From NCBI GenBank assembly GCA_902762785.1, contig CACWPL010000015.1, positions 3,478 through 67,477 of the forward strand: DNA of 64,000 bases. The letters run 5' to 3'. Of this stretch, positions 51,398 through 61,009 are shown piece by piece. The stretch comes from an uncultured Ruminococcus sp. GTDB lineage: Bacteria; Bacillota; Clostridia; Oscillospirales; Ruminococcaceae. The position numbers and the translations under genes are program-made. The notes under the pieces were generated by a model. It saw only the letters and a program-made list of their open reading frames with translations, had not been told where the DNA came from and did not search any database. Numbering within the stretch: the first letter of the stretch is position 1; the number at the start of each line of letters is the position of its first letter.

Positions 51398-52782
51398 GCG
51401 CCCGCAAGATGCGCACCGTCATCATCGTCATGGTCATCCTGCTCGTGGCAGCGGTCGCCGGATATATCGGCGTCGACCGCTACAAGAAGGCGCAGGAGGA
51501 CGCTGAGGCACAGGCCCAGGCCGAGCTTACGCTGTTCAGCTTTTCGGACGATGCGGTGACGGATGTGGATATTAAGAATGAGGACGGCCATTTCCACATC
51601 ACCAAGGGCGCGGACGGATGGGAGATCACCGATACGGACTATCCCAACGAGATCCGCCTCAACCCGTACTACATCAATTCCGTGACGGCCGCGATGTGCG
51701 TGCTGACCGCGGACAAGAAGATCGAGGCCGCGGACGACCGCATGGCCGACTACGGCTTCGACGATCCCGCCGTCGTGACCTGCACGGTCGACGGTGTGGA
51801 CAAGACCATCGAGATCGGCAATTTCTCGGCGACCGGCGAGAGCTGCTACATCCGCCGCCCGGACAGCAGCGACGTCTTCGCGATCACCTATGACAAGGGC
51901 ATGCTGTTCAGCGGCGGCGTCTTCTACCTCATGGCGCACGACATGATCCGCTTCACCGATGTGGAGATGGACGGCTTCACCCTTGAGCGCGACGGCAAGA
52001 CGGTCTACGACCTCGACCGCTCCACCGGCATGTGGACGCTCGAAGCACCGAAGCTGGGCGCATCGGTCGATTCCGCGCAGGTATCGAGCATGCTGACCAT
52101 GGTCACGCGCATCGAGTACCAGTATTTCTACGGCTATGACGATGACCCCGAGGCGCTCAAGGCGTCCGGCTTCACCAAGGCGGCCTACCGCGTGACGGCC
52201 TCCAGCAACGGCGAGACGGTCGAACTCGAGTTCGGACCGATCCCGGAGGGGAAGGGGCTCGTGCCGGTGCATGACCTGACCAGCGGTCTGGTCTGCGCCA
52301 TCGACAGCAGCTCTGCCGGATTCCTGAACAGCACGCTCAACGAGCTGCTGACGACCAAGATGCTCCCGATCGGCTTCTCCGATGCCGCATCCATGGAGGC
52401 CACGATCGACGACACGTCCTTCACCATGACCATGGATCCCGAGGCAGGGGAGTACCGCTTCAACGATACGCCCATCGACACGGACGACACCGCGCTCTTC
52501 CGCCAGTTCCGCGAGCTGTTCGAGACGGTGCCGAACATGACCTACGAGGAGGTCGTCCTCGACCCTGCGCTCCCCGAGACTCCCGAGGCGACCTGCCGCT
52601 TCCACATCACCACCCTTGAAGGGACCGAGTACCTGCTCGAGCTGGTGCCGACCGACGAGGAGAACCTCTATTGGGCCTATGTGGACGGCACCTATGAGGG
52701 CTTCACCGTCCGCCGCCGCGCCCTGACCGGCTCGACCGGCGTCCTGCCCTTCTATGAGAAGATGGTGGACATGCTGTCTTGA
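51394..52782 (+). CDS. DUF4340-like membrane-anchored protein
   Basis: GTG 51394 (5 nt after AGAGGAGG, GTGA overlap with the upstream stop); N-terminal TM helix; usual fourth member of ABC-2/GldG modules; family call tentative. Confidence 0.6.
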   Translation: MSARKMRTVIIVMVILLVAAVAGYIGVDRYKKAQEDAEAQAQAELTLFSFSDDAVTDVDIKNEDGHFHITKGADGWEITDTDYPNEIRLNPYYINSVTAAMCVLTADKKIEAADDRMADYGFDDPAVVTCTVDGVDKTIEIGNFSATGESCYIRRPDSSDVFAITYDKGMLFSGGVFYLMAHDMIRFTDVEMDGFTLERDGKTVYDLDRSTGMWTLEAPKLGASVDSAQVSSMLTMVTRIEYQYFYGYDDDPEALKASGFTKAAYRVTASSNGETVELEFGPIPEGKGLVPVHDLTSGLVCAIDSSSAGFLNSTLNELLTTKMLPIGFSDAASMEATIDDTSFTMTMDPEAGEYRFNDTPIDTDDTALFRQFRELFETVPNMTYEEVVLDPALPETPEATCRFHITTLEGTEYLLELVPTDEENLYWAYVDGTYEGFTVRRRALTGSTGVLPFYEKMVDMLS

Positions 52783-52788
52783 ACGAAC

Positions 52789-52817
52789 ACGCCGCTCTGC
52801 ACGACGCAGGGCGGCGT
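52789..52817 (+). terminator. Terminator-like hairpin after the ABC/GldG module
   Basis: ACGCCGCTCTGC-acga-CGCAGGGCGGCGT followed by CGTCTTTCGG. Confidence 0.6.
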
Positions 52818-52972
52818 CGTCTTTCGGCAAAAGTGTTTTTGACGCATTTTCGTGCCCGCGGGGACGGCCCCCACCAAGAAAAAGTCCTTCCCGCGTGTGG
52901 AACGAATAATTCTGTAAAGCGGTACCGTGCTTGAAAGCGATAAAATATATTAAATAAATAGGAAAAGTAGGG

Positions 52973-53001
52973 TTGACATTTTGGAGCGGATATGGTATAA
53001 T
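52973..53001 (+). promoter_or_regulatory. Consensus promoter for the LysR-family gene
   Basis: Exact TTGACA (52973-52978), 17 nt, TGg-TATAAT (52996-53001); leader has CGGCGGT-acc-ACCGCCG and CCCCGCGCGGGG hairpins. Confidence 0.8.
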
Positions 53002-53084
53002 AGTATCGAAACGAAAGACCGGCGGTACCACCGCCGCGACCACGAGGCCCCCCGCGCGGGGACGTACCAGAAAGCAGGCACATT

Positions 53085-53993
53085 ATGACCCTTCAGCAGC
53101 TCAACTACGCCATCGTCATCTCCGAGTGCGGCTCCATGAATAAGGCGGCCGAGCGGCTCTACATCACCCAGCCCTCGCTGACCAGCGCCATCAAGGAGCT
53201 CGAGCGCGAGATCGGCATCGTCATCTTCAACCGCTCCGGCAAGGGCGTGACCCTGACGGCGGATGGCGCGGAGTTCCTGACCTACGCCCGCCAGGTCTAC
53301 CAGCAGTACGAGGTGCTGCGGGAGAAGTACTCCGGCGGCGTCAAGCACAAGTTCGGCGTGTCGGCGCAGCACTATTCCTTCGCGGTGCAGGCGTTCGTGG
53401 CGATGGTCAAGCAGTTCGGCACCTGCGATTACGAGTTCGCCATGCGTGAGACCAAGACCGCCGAGGTGATCGCGGACGTCAGCGAGCTGCGCAGCGAGAT
53501 CGGCGTGCTCTACCTCAGCGACTTCAACCGCCAGATGATGCAGCGGCTCTTCCAGGCGAACCATCTCGAGTTCCACCGTCTGATCGAATGCCCCGTCTAT
53601 GTGTACCTGTGGAAGGGCGACCCGCTCGCGAGCAAGGAGCGCGTCACGTTCGAGGAGCTCTCGGAGCGGCCGTGCCTGACCTTCGAGCAGGGCGACCGCA
53701 GCTCGTTCTATTTCGCCGAGGAGATCTTTTCCACGGGGGACTATGCGCGCGTCATCAAGGCCTGCGACCGCTCGACCATGCTCAATCTGATGAAGGGACT
53801 CGGCGGCTACACGTTCTGCTCCGGCATCATCTGCGACGAGCTCAACGGCTCGGACTATGCCGCCATCCCCCTCGCGGATGATGACAGTCTCATGGAGATC
53901 GGCTATATCACGCGCAAGAACGTCATCCTCAGCCGCATGGGCAAGGTCTACATCGAGGAGCTCGAGCGTTATCTCTCCCAGTCGGTGCGATGA
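53085..53993 (+). CDS. LysR-family transcriptional regulator
   Basis: N-terminal wHTH MTLQQLNYAIVISECGSMNKAAERLYITQPSLTSAIKELE. Confidence 0.92.
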   Translation: MTLQQLNYAIVISECGSMNKAAERLYITQPSLTSAIKELEREIGIVIFNRSGKGVTLTADGAEFLTYARQVYQQYEVLREKYSGGVKHKFGVSAQHYSFAVQAFVAMVKQFGTCDYEFAMRETKTAEVIADVSELRSEIGVLYLSDFNRQMMQRLFQANHLEFHRLIECPVYVYLWKGDPLASKERVTFEELSERPCLTFEQGDRSSFYFAEEIFSTGDYARVIKACDRSTMLNLMKGLGGYTFCSGIICDELNGSDYAAIPLADDDSLMEIGYITRKNVILSRMGKVYIEELERYLSQSVR

Positions 53994-54023
53994 TGTCACC
54001 ATACCTGGACCATATGACGAACG

Positions 54024-54053
54024 AAGGCTGATGCGCATGCGTCAGCCTTTTTT
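54024..54053 (+). terminator. Rho-independent terminator after lysR
   Basis: AAGGCTGATGC-gcat-GCGTCAGCCTT followed by TTTT. Confidence 0.85.
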
Positions 54054-54208
54054 GTCGGGCCGCACTGTCCCGGATCAGGGACAGCGGGATGCCAATGGCT
54101 GGGAGTCTTGAAAAAACGGTTGCTTTCCCTTTAAAAATGTAGTATAATGAAAAAGATAGAGACATGCTGTCCTTTTAAGGGAACAGACCGCACACAGGAG
54201 GTGAGCCG

Positions 54209-56443
54209 ATGGCAGAGACACTGACGATCGAGGGGACGGTCGAGACCATCATCTTCAATAATCCCGACAGCGGCTATGCCGTGGTCGACCTGAACAGCGA
54301 CGGGGAGATGCTCACTGCACGCGGGGAGCTGGGCGATGTCGATGAGGGCGAGGTGCTCGTCCTCAAGGGCGCGTTCGTCGACCACCCGCGCTACGGCACC
54401 CAGTTCGAGGCCGAGAGCTGCGAGCACAAGCTGCCCGACACTGTCGACGGTATCCGCCGCTACCTCTCCTCCGGCGTCATCAAGGGCATCGGCAAGGCGC
54501 TCGCCAACAAGATCGTCGATGCCTTCGGCGCCCGCACGCTCTACATCATGGAGCACGAGCCCGACCGCCTCATGGAGGTGCGCGGTATGTCCCAGGCCAA
54601 GTGCGACGAGGTCGCGGCCGAGGCCAAGCAGATCTTCGTGCTGCGGAGCATCATCAGCTATTTCACCGACCGCGGCATCAAGTCGCGCTACGCCATGCGG
54701 GCTTTCCGTTCGTGGGGCGCGTCCTGCACCGAGAAGGCCGAGTCCGACCCGTATCTCCTGTGCTGCGATGCCGTGGGACTGAGCTTCCGCGAGGCCGAGA
54801 ACTTCGCCCACGATCTCCACGTCCCCAAGGACGATGCGAGCCGGATCGGGGCGGGCATCGTCCACATCCTGCGGTATAATGCGGGCGTCGGGCATACCTG
54901 TGCCCCTCTCGACCGCCTCTGCAAGACGGCCAAGGACTTCCTCGAGATCAGCGAGACACGGTTCTATGAGGTCTACAATGCCATGCTCGCGGACGAGGCG
55001 CTGGTCGAGTATGTCAAGAAGGAGCGCGAGTTCGTCTATCTGCCGGAATACTACGACGCCGAGCGCTCCATCACCGAGCGCATCGCCGTCATGCGGCAGT
55101 TCGGCATCCGCGATTCCAAGGACTACAGCCACATGATCGACGAGATCGAGCAGAGCTCCGGCATGGAGTACGCGGAGCTCCAGCGCGAGGCCATCCGTGC
55201 GGCGCTCTCGCGCGGCCTGCTCATCCTCACCGGCGGCCCCGGCACTGGTAAGACCACCACGCTCAACGCCATCATCTCGTGCTTCGAGAAGCTCGGCCAG
55301 CATGTGCTGATCGCCGCCCCCACGGGACGCGCCGCGAAGCGTGTCTCCGACCTGACGGGCTACGAGGCCAAGACCATCCACCGTCTGCTCGAGGTGCAGT
55401 TCGACGGGGACGCGCAGCAGACCTTCACCCATGACGAGAACTCCCCGCTCAACTGCGATGTCCTCATCGTGGACGAGATGTCCATGGTGGACGTGCTGCT
55501 GTTCTCGCACCTGCTGCGGGCGCTGCGGCTCGGTTGCAAGCTCATCCTCGTCGGCGACAGCGACCAGCTCCCGTCCGTCGGTGCGGGCAACCTGCTCCGG
55601 CATCTGATCGCGAGCCGGTGCATGCCCGTGGTCACGCTCAAGGAGATCTTCCGGCAGGCGCAGCAGAGCTGCATCATCACCAATGCCCACCGCATCGTCC
55701 ACGGAGAGATGCCCGATCTGCTCCGGAAGGACAATGACTTCTTCTTTTTCCACCGCACGGAGTTCGAGCCGGCCGCGGATCTCCTCGTGGACCTCGTCGT
55801 CCACCGGCTCCCGGCCGCACCGGCGTACAAGCTCTCACCGACGAAGGACATCCAGGTGATCTGTCCCTCGCGGCGCGGTCCGCTCGGCACGGTCGAGCTG
55901 AATAAGGCGCTCCAGGCGCGTCTGAATCCGCCGACCGCCGGGAAGGCACAGGTCAAGTCCCCGCTCTACGTCTTCCGCGAGCAGGACAAGGTCATGCAGA
56001 CCAAGAACAACTACGACATCCCCTGGACGAAGGACGGCGAGAGCGGCAAAGGCATCTTCAACGGTGACATCGGCCACATCCTGGCCATCGACCGGCGCAG
56101 CGGCGAGGCCGTCATCGACTTTGAGGGACGCATCGCCCGCTTCCCGCTCACCATGATCGACCAGCTCGAGCTGGCCTACGCCATCACCGTCCACAAGAGC
56201 CAGGGCAGCGAGTTCGAGGCGGTCATCATCCCGCTGCTCGGGCGGTTCGAGAAGCTGACCTATCGCAATCTGCTCTACACGGCCGTGACGCGCGCCAAGC
56301 GCCTGCTCATCCTCATCGGCACGCCCCAGAAGGTCGCGCAGATGGTCGAGAACGACCGGCGCACCAACCGCTATTCCTGCCTGCGCCACATGCTCGAGGA
56401 GAGCGTGCGCGCGGAAACGCCGCCGGAGGAGACAGATGCTTGA
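54209..56443 (+). CDS. recD2: RecD2-type ATP-dependent 5'-3' DNA helicase
   Basis: 744 aa; Walker A GGPGTGKTT, LVGDSDQLPSVGAG, VHKSQGSEF, YTAVTRAK SF1B motifs. Confidence 0.93.
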   Translation: MAETLTIEGTVETIIFNNPDSGYAVVDLNSDGEMLTARGELGDVDEGEVLVLKGAFVDHPRYGTQFEAESCEHKLPDTVDGIRRYLSSGVIKGIGKALANKIVDAFGARTLYIMEHEPDRLMEVRGMSQAKCDEVAAEAKQIFVLRSIISYFTDRGIKSRYAMRAFRSWGASCTEKAESDPYLLCCDAVGLSFREAENFAHDLHVPKDDASRIGAGIVHILRYNAGVGHTCAPLDRLCKTAKDFLEISETRFYEVYNAMLADEALVEYVKKEREFVYLPEYYDAERSITERIAVMRQFGIRDSKDYSHMIDEIEQSSGMEYAELQREAIRAALSRGLLILTGGPGTGKTTTLNAIISCFEKLGQHVLIAAPTGRAAKRVSDLTGYEAKTIHRLLEVQFDGDAQQTFTHDENSPLNCDVLIVDEMSMVDVLLFSHLLRALRLGCKLILVGDSDQLPSVGAGNLLRHLIASRCMPVVTLKEIFRQAQQSCIITNAHRIVHGEMPDLLRKDNDFFFFHRTEFEPAADLLVDLVVHRLPAAPAYKLSPTKDIQVICPSRRGPLGTVELNKALQARLNPPTAGKAQVKSPLYVFREQDKVMQTKNNYDIPWTKDGESGKGIFNGDIGHILAIDRRSGEAVIDFEGRIARFPLTMIDQLELAYAITVHKSQGSEFEAVIIPLLGRFEKLTYRNLLYTAVTRAKRLLILIGTPQKVAQMVENDRRTNRYSCLRHMLEESVRAETPPEETDA

Positions 56444-57153
56444 CCGCCGTCAAGCTGTCCGGCAGCTCCTGAACGTCCTCTGGCCGAACCGCTGTCCCGG
56501 ATGCGACTGCTTCCTCACCGCGAACGAGATGGTCTGTCCGGCGTGCGCGGAGGACATGCTCCTCGACCACGATGCCTGCTGCCATGTCTGCGGCAAGGTC
56601 GCGTGTCGGTGCAAGGAGGCGCGATTCGCCTATGACCGCGCGGTCGTCAGCTTTGCCTACGCGGGCGCGACCATCCCCGCTGTCTACCGGCTCAAGGACT
56701 CACAGAACAATCCTGGCCGAACGCGTCAAGATCTCGCCGCTCTACGGGGTGCCGGACTGCGTCATGTCCGTGCCGATGCACCCCTCCCGCCGCCGCAAGC
56801 GCGGCTATGACCAGGCCGCGCTCATCGCGAAGGACATGGCGGAGCGCCTGGACCTGCCCTACCGGGACGATGTCCTCTATCGGGACAGGCCCGGTGCCGT
56901 CCAGCATCTGCTCAAAAATGCCGCTGAGAGGGCGGCGAACGTCCTGTCCTTCGGCATACGGGACGTCCCGCTCGACGGGCTGCGCGTCCTGCTGGTGGAC
57001 GACGTGCTCACGACCGGCAGTACCCTGAATCGCTGCGCCTCGCTCCTGAAGCAGAACGGCGCTGTCTGGGTCGTGGCTGCGGCCGCTGCGACGACCGTCC
57101 CCCATGCCCTGCAAAAAAACGCGGCCAAGACCCCCAAGGAGGATCCCTCATGA
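56436..57153 (+). pseudogene. comFC: ComFC/ComF-family phosphoribosyltransferase, frame-disrupted
   Basis: N-terminal Zn-finger part (CPGC...CPAC...CHVCG) in frame of 56436 up to ...AVYRLKD; PRT part (VPMHPSRRRKRGYDQA...LLVDDVLTTGST) in another frame from about 56700; join region is shorter than expected. Confidence 0.75.
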
Positions 57154-58169
57154 ACACACCGGATATCGGTATCGATCTCGGCACGACCAACATCGTCATG
57201 ACCTACGGCAAGAAGGGCGTGGTGCTCTCCGAGCCGTCCGTGATCGCGTATAACAAAAGCACCCAGCGCATCCTCGCCGTCGGGCAGGAGGCGTACAAGA
57301 TGATGGGCAAGACGCCCGCCTACATCGAGGTCGTCCATCCCCTCGCGGACGGCGTCATCTCCGACGACCTGCTCACACAGTGCATGATTCGCGAGTTCCT
57401 GCAAAAGGTCTCCGGCTCCGACCTCGTCAAGCCGAGGATCATCATCTGCGTCCCCGCCTTCATCACGGATCTCGAGAAGCGTGCCGTGGGCGACTGCGTC
57501 ATGGCCGCGGGATGCCGCAAGGCGTATCTCATCGACGAGCCCATCGCCGCCATGCTCGGCGCCGGCATCAACATCGGCAAGGCCAAGGGCCACATGGTCG
57601 TGGACATCGGCGGCGGCACGACGGACGTCGCGATCGTCTCCATGAACGGCATCGTCACCTCCCACTCCATCAAGAGCGCCGGGACCCAGATCGACGCCGC
57701 CATCCAGAAATACATCATGGACCGCTACAAGCTCCTGATCGGTCCGCAGACGGCCGAGCAGGTCAAGAAGACCCTCACCAACCTCTACGACCCCCGCGAC
57801 GACATCACCATGACCGTCAAGGGACGCAGCGTCCTGCGCGGCCTGCCGGACGCGGTCGAGCTCAATGAGATGGAGCTGTTCGACGCCATGGAGGACGAGA
57901 TCTTCGCCATCATGGAGGGCATCAAGAAGGTGCTCGAGGAGACGCCCCCCGAGCTCGTCGGCGACATCTATGAGAACGGCATCCTGCTCACGGGCGGCGG
58001 CGCGCTGCTCGGCGGACTGCGCGAGCTGATCCACCGCACGCTCAACGTCAACTGCGTCCTCGCCAAGGACGCCGTCCACTGTGTCGCCAAGGGCACGGGC
58101 ATCGCCTTCCAGAAGATCAACGACATGCTCGACGGCTTCGAGGGCGTGACCATCTACAAGTACCACTGA
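57150..58169 (+). CDS. mreB: Rod-shape-determining actin homologue MreB/Mbl
   Basis: IGIDLGTTN, VVDIGGGTTDVA, LTGGGALL actin-fold motifs. Confidence 0.95.
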   Translation: MNTPDIGIDLGTTNIVMTYGKKGVVLSEPSVIAYNKSTQRILAVGQEAYKMMGKTPAYIEVVHPLADGVISDDLLTQCMIREFLQKVSGSDLVKPRIIICVPAFITDLEKRAVGDCVMAAGCRKAYLIDEPIAAMLGAGINIGKAKGHMVVDIGGGTTDVAIVSMNGIVTSHSIKSAGTQIDAAIQKYIMDRYKLLIGPQTAEQVKKTLTNLYDPRDDITMTVKGRSVLRGLPDAVELNEMELFDAMEDEIFAIMEGIKKVLEETPPELVGDIYENGILLTGGGALLGGLRELIHRTLNVNCVLAKDAVHCVAKGTGIAFQKINDMLDGFEGVTIYKYH

Positions 58170-59014
58170 TGGAGCACCCCGAACGACTGCTGGCGGCGGT
58201 CTTTCTGGGCGGCGCCGTGCTGTGCGGGGCGCATCTGTACGTCTCGCAGCCGCGCGAGCGGCTCATGCCCTACACGCACCGTGCTGTGCTGGCCGATGCC
58301 GTCGAGACGGAGGCACCGACCGAGGCCGCGACGTCTGCCAAGAAGACTGCCTCGCGCGTCACCGCGACGACCGTCCCCACAGACCCGACCGTCCCGGAGA
58401 CGACCGTCCCCACGGCCGACCCCTTCCCCCTCGACCTCAACACCGCCACAGCCGAGGAGCTGATGCTGCTCCCGAGCATCGGAGCCGTCCGCGCACAGGC
58501 CATCGTGGACTGGCGTGAGGCGCACGGCGGCTTCTCCAGCATCGGCCAGCTCGTCGAGGTGCCCGGGATCGGGGAGGCGTATCTCGCGGCGGTCGAGCCG
58601 TATGTCTGCCTGCCGCATCCCGCGCCGCCGCCCGCCGCGGCAGACGTCCCACAGGACGTGCCGCAGGATGTGCCGGAGGACCTGGCGGCGTCCCTCATCG
58701 AGCCGCCGGCCGAGGAGGAGGCACCGACCGTTCCGCCCGTCATCGACCTGAACACGGCGACGATGGACGACCTGCTCCTGCTCCCCGGATGTGACGCCGA
58801 GTCGGCAGACGCGATCCTCCGTCTGCGCGACACGATCCACGGCTTCACCAGCATCTACGAGATCCTCTACGCCGAGCATGTGACCAGCGGCCTGTTCGAG
58901 ACCTGGCGTCCCTGGCTCGCGGTCGATGCCGAAGGGAACATCGAGCTCCCGACTGATTCTCCCGACACGCTGCCGGTGGAGGAAGATACTGTACCCGAAA
59001 CGGAAGAAGGCTGA
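58169..59014 (+). CDS. comEA: ComEA-like DNA receptor with two helix-hairpin-helix modules
   Basis: N-terminal TM; LDLNTATAEELMLLPSIGAVRAQAIVDWR and IDLNTATMDDLLLLPGCDAESADAILRLR; linker with DVPQDVPQDVPED. Confidence 0.85.
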   Translation: MEHPERLLAAVFLGGAVLCGAHLYVSQPRERLMPYTHRAVLADAVETEAPTEAATSAKKTASRVTATTVPTDPTVPETTVPTADPFPLDLNTATAEELMLLPSIGAVRAQAIVDWREAHGGFSSIGQLVEVPGIGEAYLAAVEPYVCLPHPAPPPAAADVPQDVPQDVPEDLAASLIEPPAEEEAPTVPPVIDLNTATMDDLLLLPGCDAESADAILRLRDTIHGFTSIYEILYAEHVTSGLFETWRPWLAVDAEGNIELPTDSPDTLPVEEDTVPETEEG

Positions 59015-59037
59015 TGCACGGGCATCGGCCTTCTTTT
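59003..59037 (+). terminator. Terminator overlapping the comEA stop
   Basis: GAAGAAGGCTGATGC-acggg-CATCGGCCTTCTT followed by TTGT. Confidence 0.7.
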
Positions 59038-59063
59038 GTCGAGCAGATCTCCTTTCGTCCGCG

Positions 59064-59426
59064 TCACGGGCCTTCCTGTCCCGCATCGGGGACATCCAGC
59101 AGCGCCGCGGCGGCCGTCCGGGGGAGGGCGGTGAAGATCTCGTAGTCCCGCGCCATGTCCTCGCAGAGCGCACGCAGCGACGCGTCCCCGTCCGGGTAGA
59201 CGAGCAGCACTGTGCGCAGGAGCGCGGTGTCCGTCCACGAGGCCTGCGCCGCGATCCTGTGGAGCTGTGCGCGCACCGCAGGCGTCGCCGCCGGCACGGG
59301 CAGCACCGCGAAGGGCACGAGCAGCGGCGGCGCATCGTCCTCCGGCGGCACGGCCAGCAGCGCATAGGCCACCGCCCCGCCCACTGCCAGCAGCAGGATG
59401 CCTCCGATCATCGCCAGATGTATCAT
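59064..59426 (-). CDS. Small membrane-anchored hypothetical protein
   Basis: 120 aa; N-terminal TM helix MIGGILLLAVGGAVAYALLAV; no recognisable motif. Confidence 0.45.
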   Translation of the reverse strand: MIHLAMIGGILLLAVGGAVAYALLAVPPEDDAPPLLVPFAVLPVPAATPAVRAQLHRIAAQASWTDTALLRTVLLVYPDGDASLRALCEDMARDYEIFTALPRTAAAALLDVPDAGQEGP

Positions 59427-59617
59427 AGCACGACCTCCGATCTGATACGAACTATCTTTATGCAGAGCTACGATAATATCCTATGCAGGAAAGAAAAAAC
59501 TGTGAATTTTAAAAATTTTTCGGGATAGGTATGGAGATCTTGTTTGGGATATGGTATAATAGGTACTGTATACCATGCCGCCCTGCGGCATCCCGCACCA
59601 TCCGAACGGAGGTCATC

Positions 59618-60460
59618 ATGCAGCTCACCGACTGCCACACGCACACCAGTATCTCCCCGGACAGTGACGCATCCATCGCCGCGATGCTCGAGGCCGCCCA
59701 GGCCCAGGGGCTCGCCGCCTACGCCGTCACCGACCACATCGAGCTCTGCCGCTACTACCCGCAGGGCTACTACGGCACCGCGCCGCGCAACGAGGAGGAC
59801 TTCTTCGATCACGCCGCCCGCTGGGAGCAGGCCATGGAGCAAAACCGGCGTGCGCGCGCGCTGGTCGGCGGCAGCATGACCTTCATCAGCGGCATCGAGC
59901 TGGGCGAGCCGGACGCAGACTTCGGTCTGGCCGAGAGCCTCTACCGCGATGTCCGTCTGGACTTCACCATTGCCTCGCTGCATGAGCTGCGCGGCAAGCT
60001 GGATTTCTATTTTTTGGACTATGCCCATGAGGACGTGGACGCCCTCCTCGAGCGCTATTTCACCGACCTGCTGGCCATCGCGCGGTGGGGCTATTACGAC
60101 GTCTTGGGACACGTCACCTATCCGCTGCGCTACATCGTCGGCGACGCGGGCATCGCGGTGGACATGGCGCGCTGGACGGACTGCCTCGCCGAGGTGTTCA
60201 AGGCGGTCATCGCCGCCGGGCGCGGCATCGAGCTGAACACCTCCGGCTATCGCCAGACCTATGGCCGTCCCTTCCCGGACGAGCCGCTCCTGCGGCTCTA
60301 TCGCGACCTTGGCGGCACGATCCTGACCCTCGGCTCGGACGCGCATCGTCCCGAGGACGTGGGCGGCGGCATCGCGCAGGGCGCGGCGCTCGCCAAGGCC
60401 TGCGGCTTCGACCGCATCGCCGTCTTCCTGCGCCACGAGCCGCACTACATCACGCTCTGA
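59618..60460 (+). CDS. PHP-family histidinol-phosphatase-like hydrolase (HisJ family)
   Basis: Starts MQLTDCHTHTSISPDS (PHP HxH), internal ...VLGH..., ...GSDAH; GGAGG RBS before ATG 59618; TGg-TATAAT at 59562-59570. Confidence 0.85.
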   Translation: MQLTDCHTHTSISPDSDASIAAMLEAAQAQGLAAYAVTDHIELCRYYPQGYYGTAPRNEEDFFDHAARWEQAMEQNRRARALVGGSMTFISGIELGEPDADFGLAESLYRDVRLDFTIASLHELRGKLDFYFLDYAHEDVDALLERYFTDLLAIARWGYYDVLGHVTYPLRYIVGDAGIAVDMARWTDCLAEVFKAVIAAGRGIELNTSGYRQTYGRPFPDEPLLRLYRDLGGTILTLGSDAHRPEDVGGGIAQGAALAKACGFDRIAVFLRHEPHYITL

Positions 60461-60532
60461 CCCGGGGACGCCCCGGTCGTATCTATGTGTACCCCATGCA
60501 TATCGCATCAAATATAAAAGGAGGAACTGAAA

Positions 60533-61009
60533 ATGACTGATCTGCTCGCTTTACTGAAGGAGAACGCCAGACTGACCAACGCCCAGCTCGCCGGCATGCT
60601 CGGCAAGACCGAGGACGAGGTCGCCAAGGAGATCGCTGCCCTGGAGAAGCAGGGCGTCATCCGCGGCTATACCGCCATCATCAACGATGAGCTCGCCGAC
60701 CCGAACGAGGTCGAGGCACTGATCGAGCTGCGCGTCACCCCCAAGCGTGACTGCGGCTTTGACGACATCGCCAAGACCATCATGCTCTATGACGAGGTCG
60801 AGAGCGTGTCGCTGATGTCCGGCAAGTACGACCTGGCACTGACCGTCAAGGGGCGGAGCCTGCGCGAGGTAGCGATGTTCGTCTCCCAGCGCCTGTCCGC
60901 CATGGAGGGCGTGCTCGCGACCGCGACCAGCTTCGTGCTCAAGCGCTACAAGGATAAGAACATCCTCATCGCCGATGAGGAGAAGGACGAAAGGAGCATG
61001 GTCTGGTGA
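60533..61009 (+). CDS. Lrp/AsnC-family transcriptional regulator
   Basis: 158 aa; HTH LLKENARLTNAQLAGMLGKTEDEV plus RAM domain. Confidence 0.88.
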   Translation: MTDLLALLKENARLTNAQLAGMLGKTEDEVAKEIAALEKQGVIRGYTAIINDELADPNEVEALIELRVTPKRDCGFDDIAKTIMLYDEVESVSLMSGKYDLALTVKGRSLREVAMFVSQRLSAMEGVLATATSFVLKRYKDKNILIADEEKDERSMVW

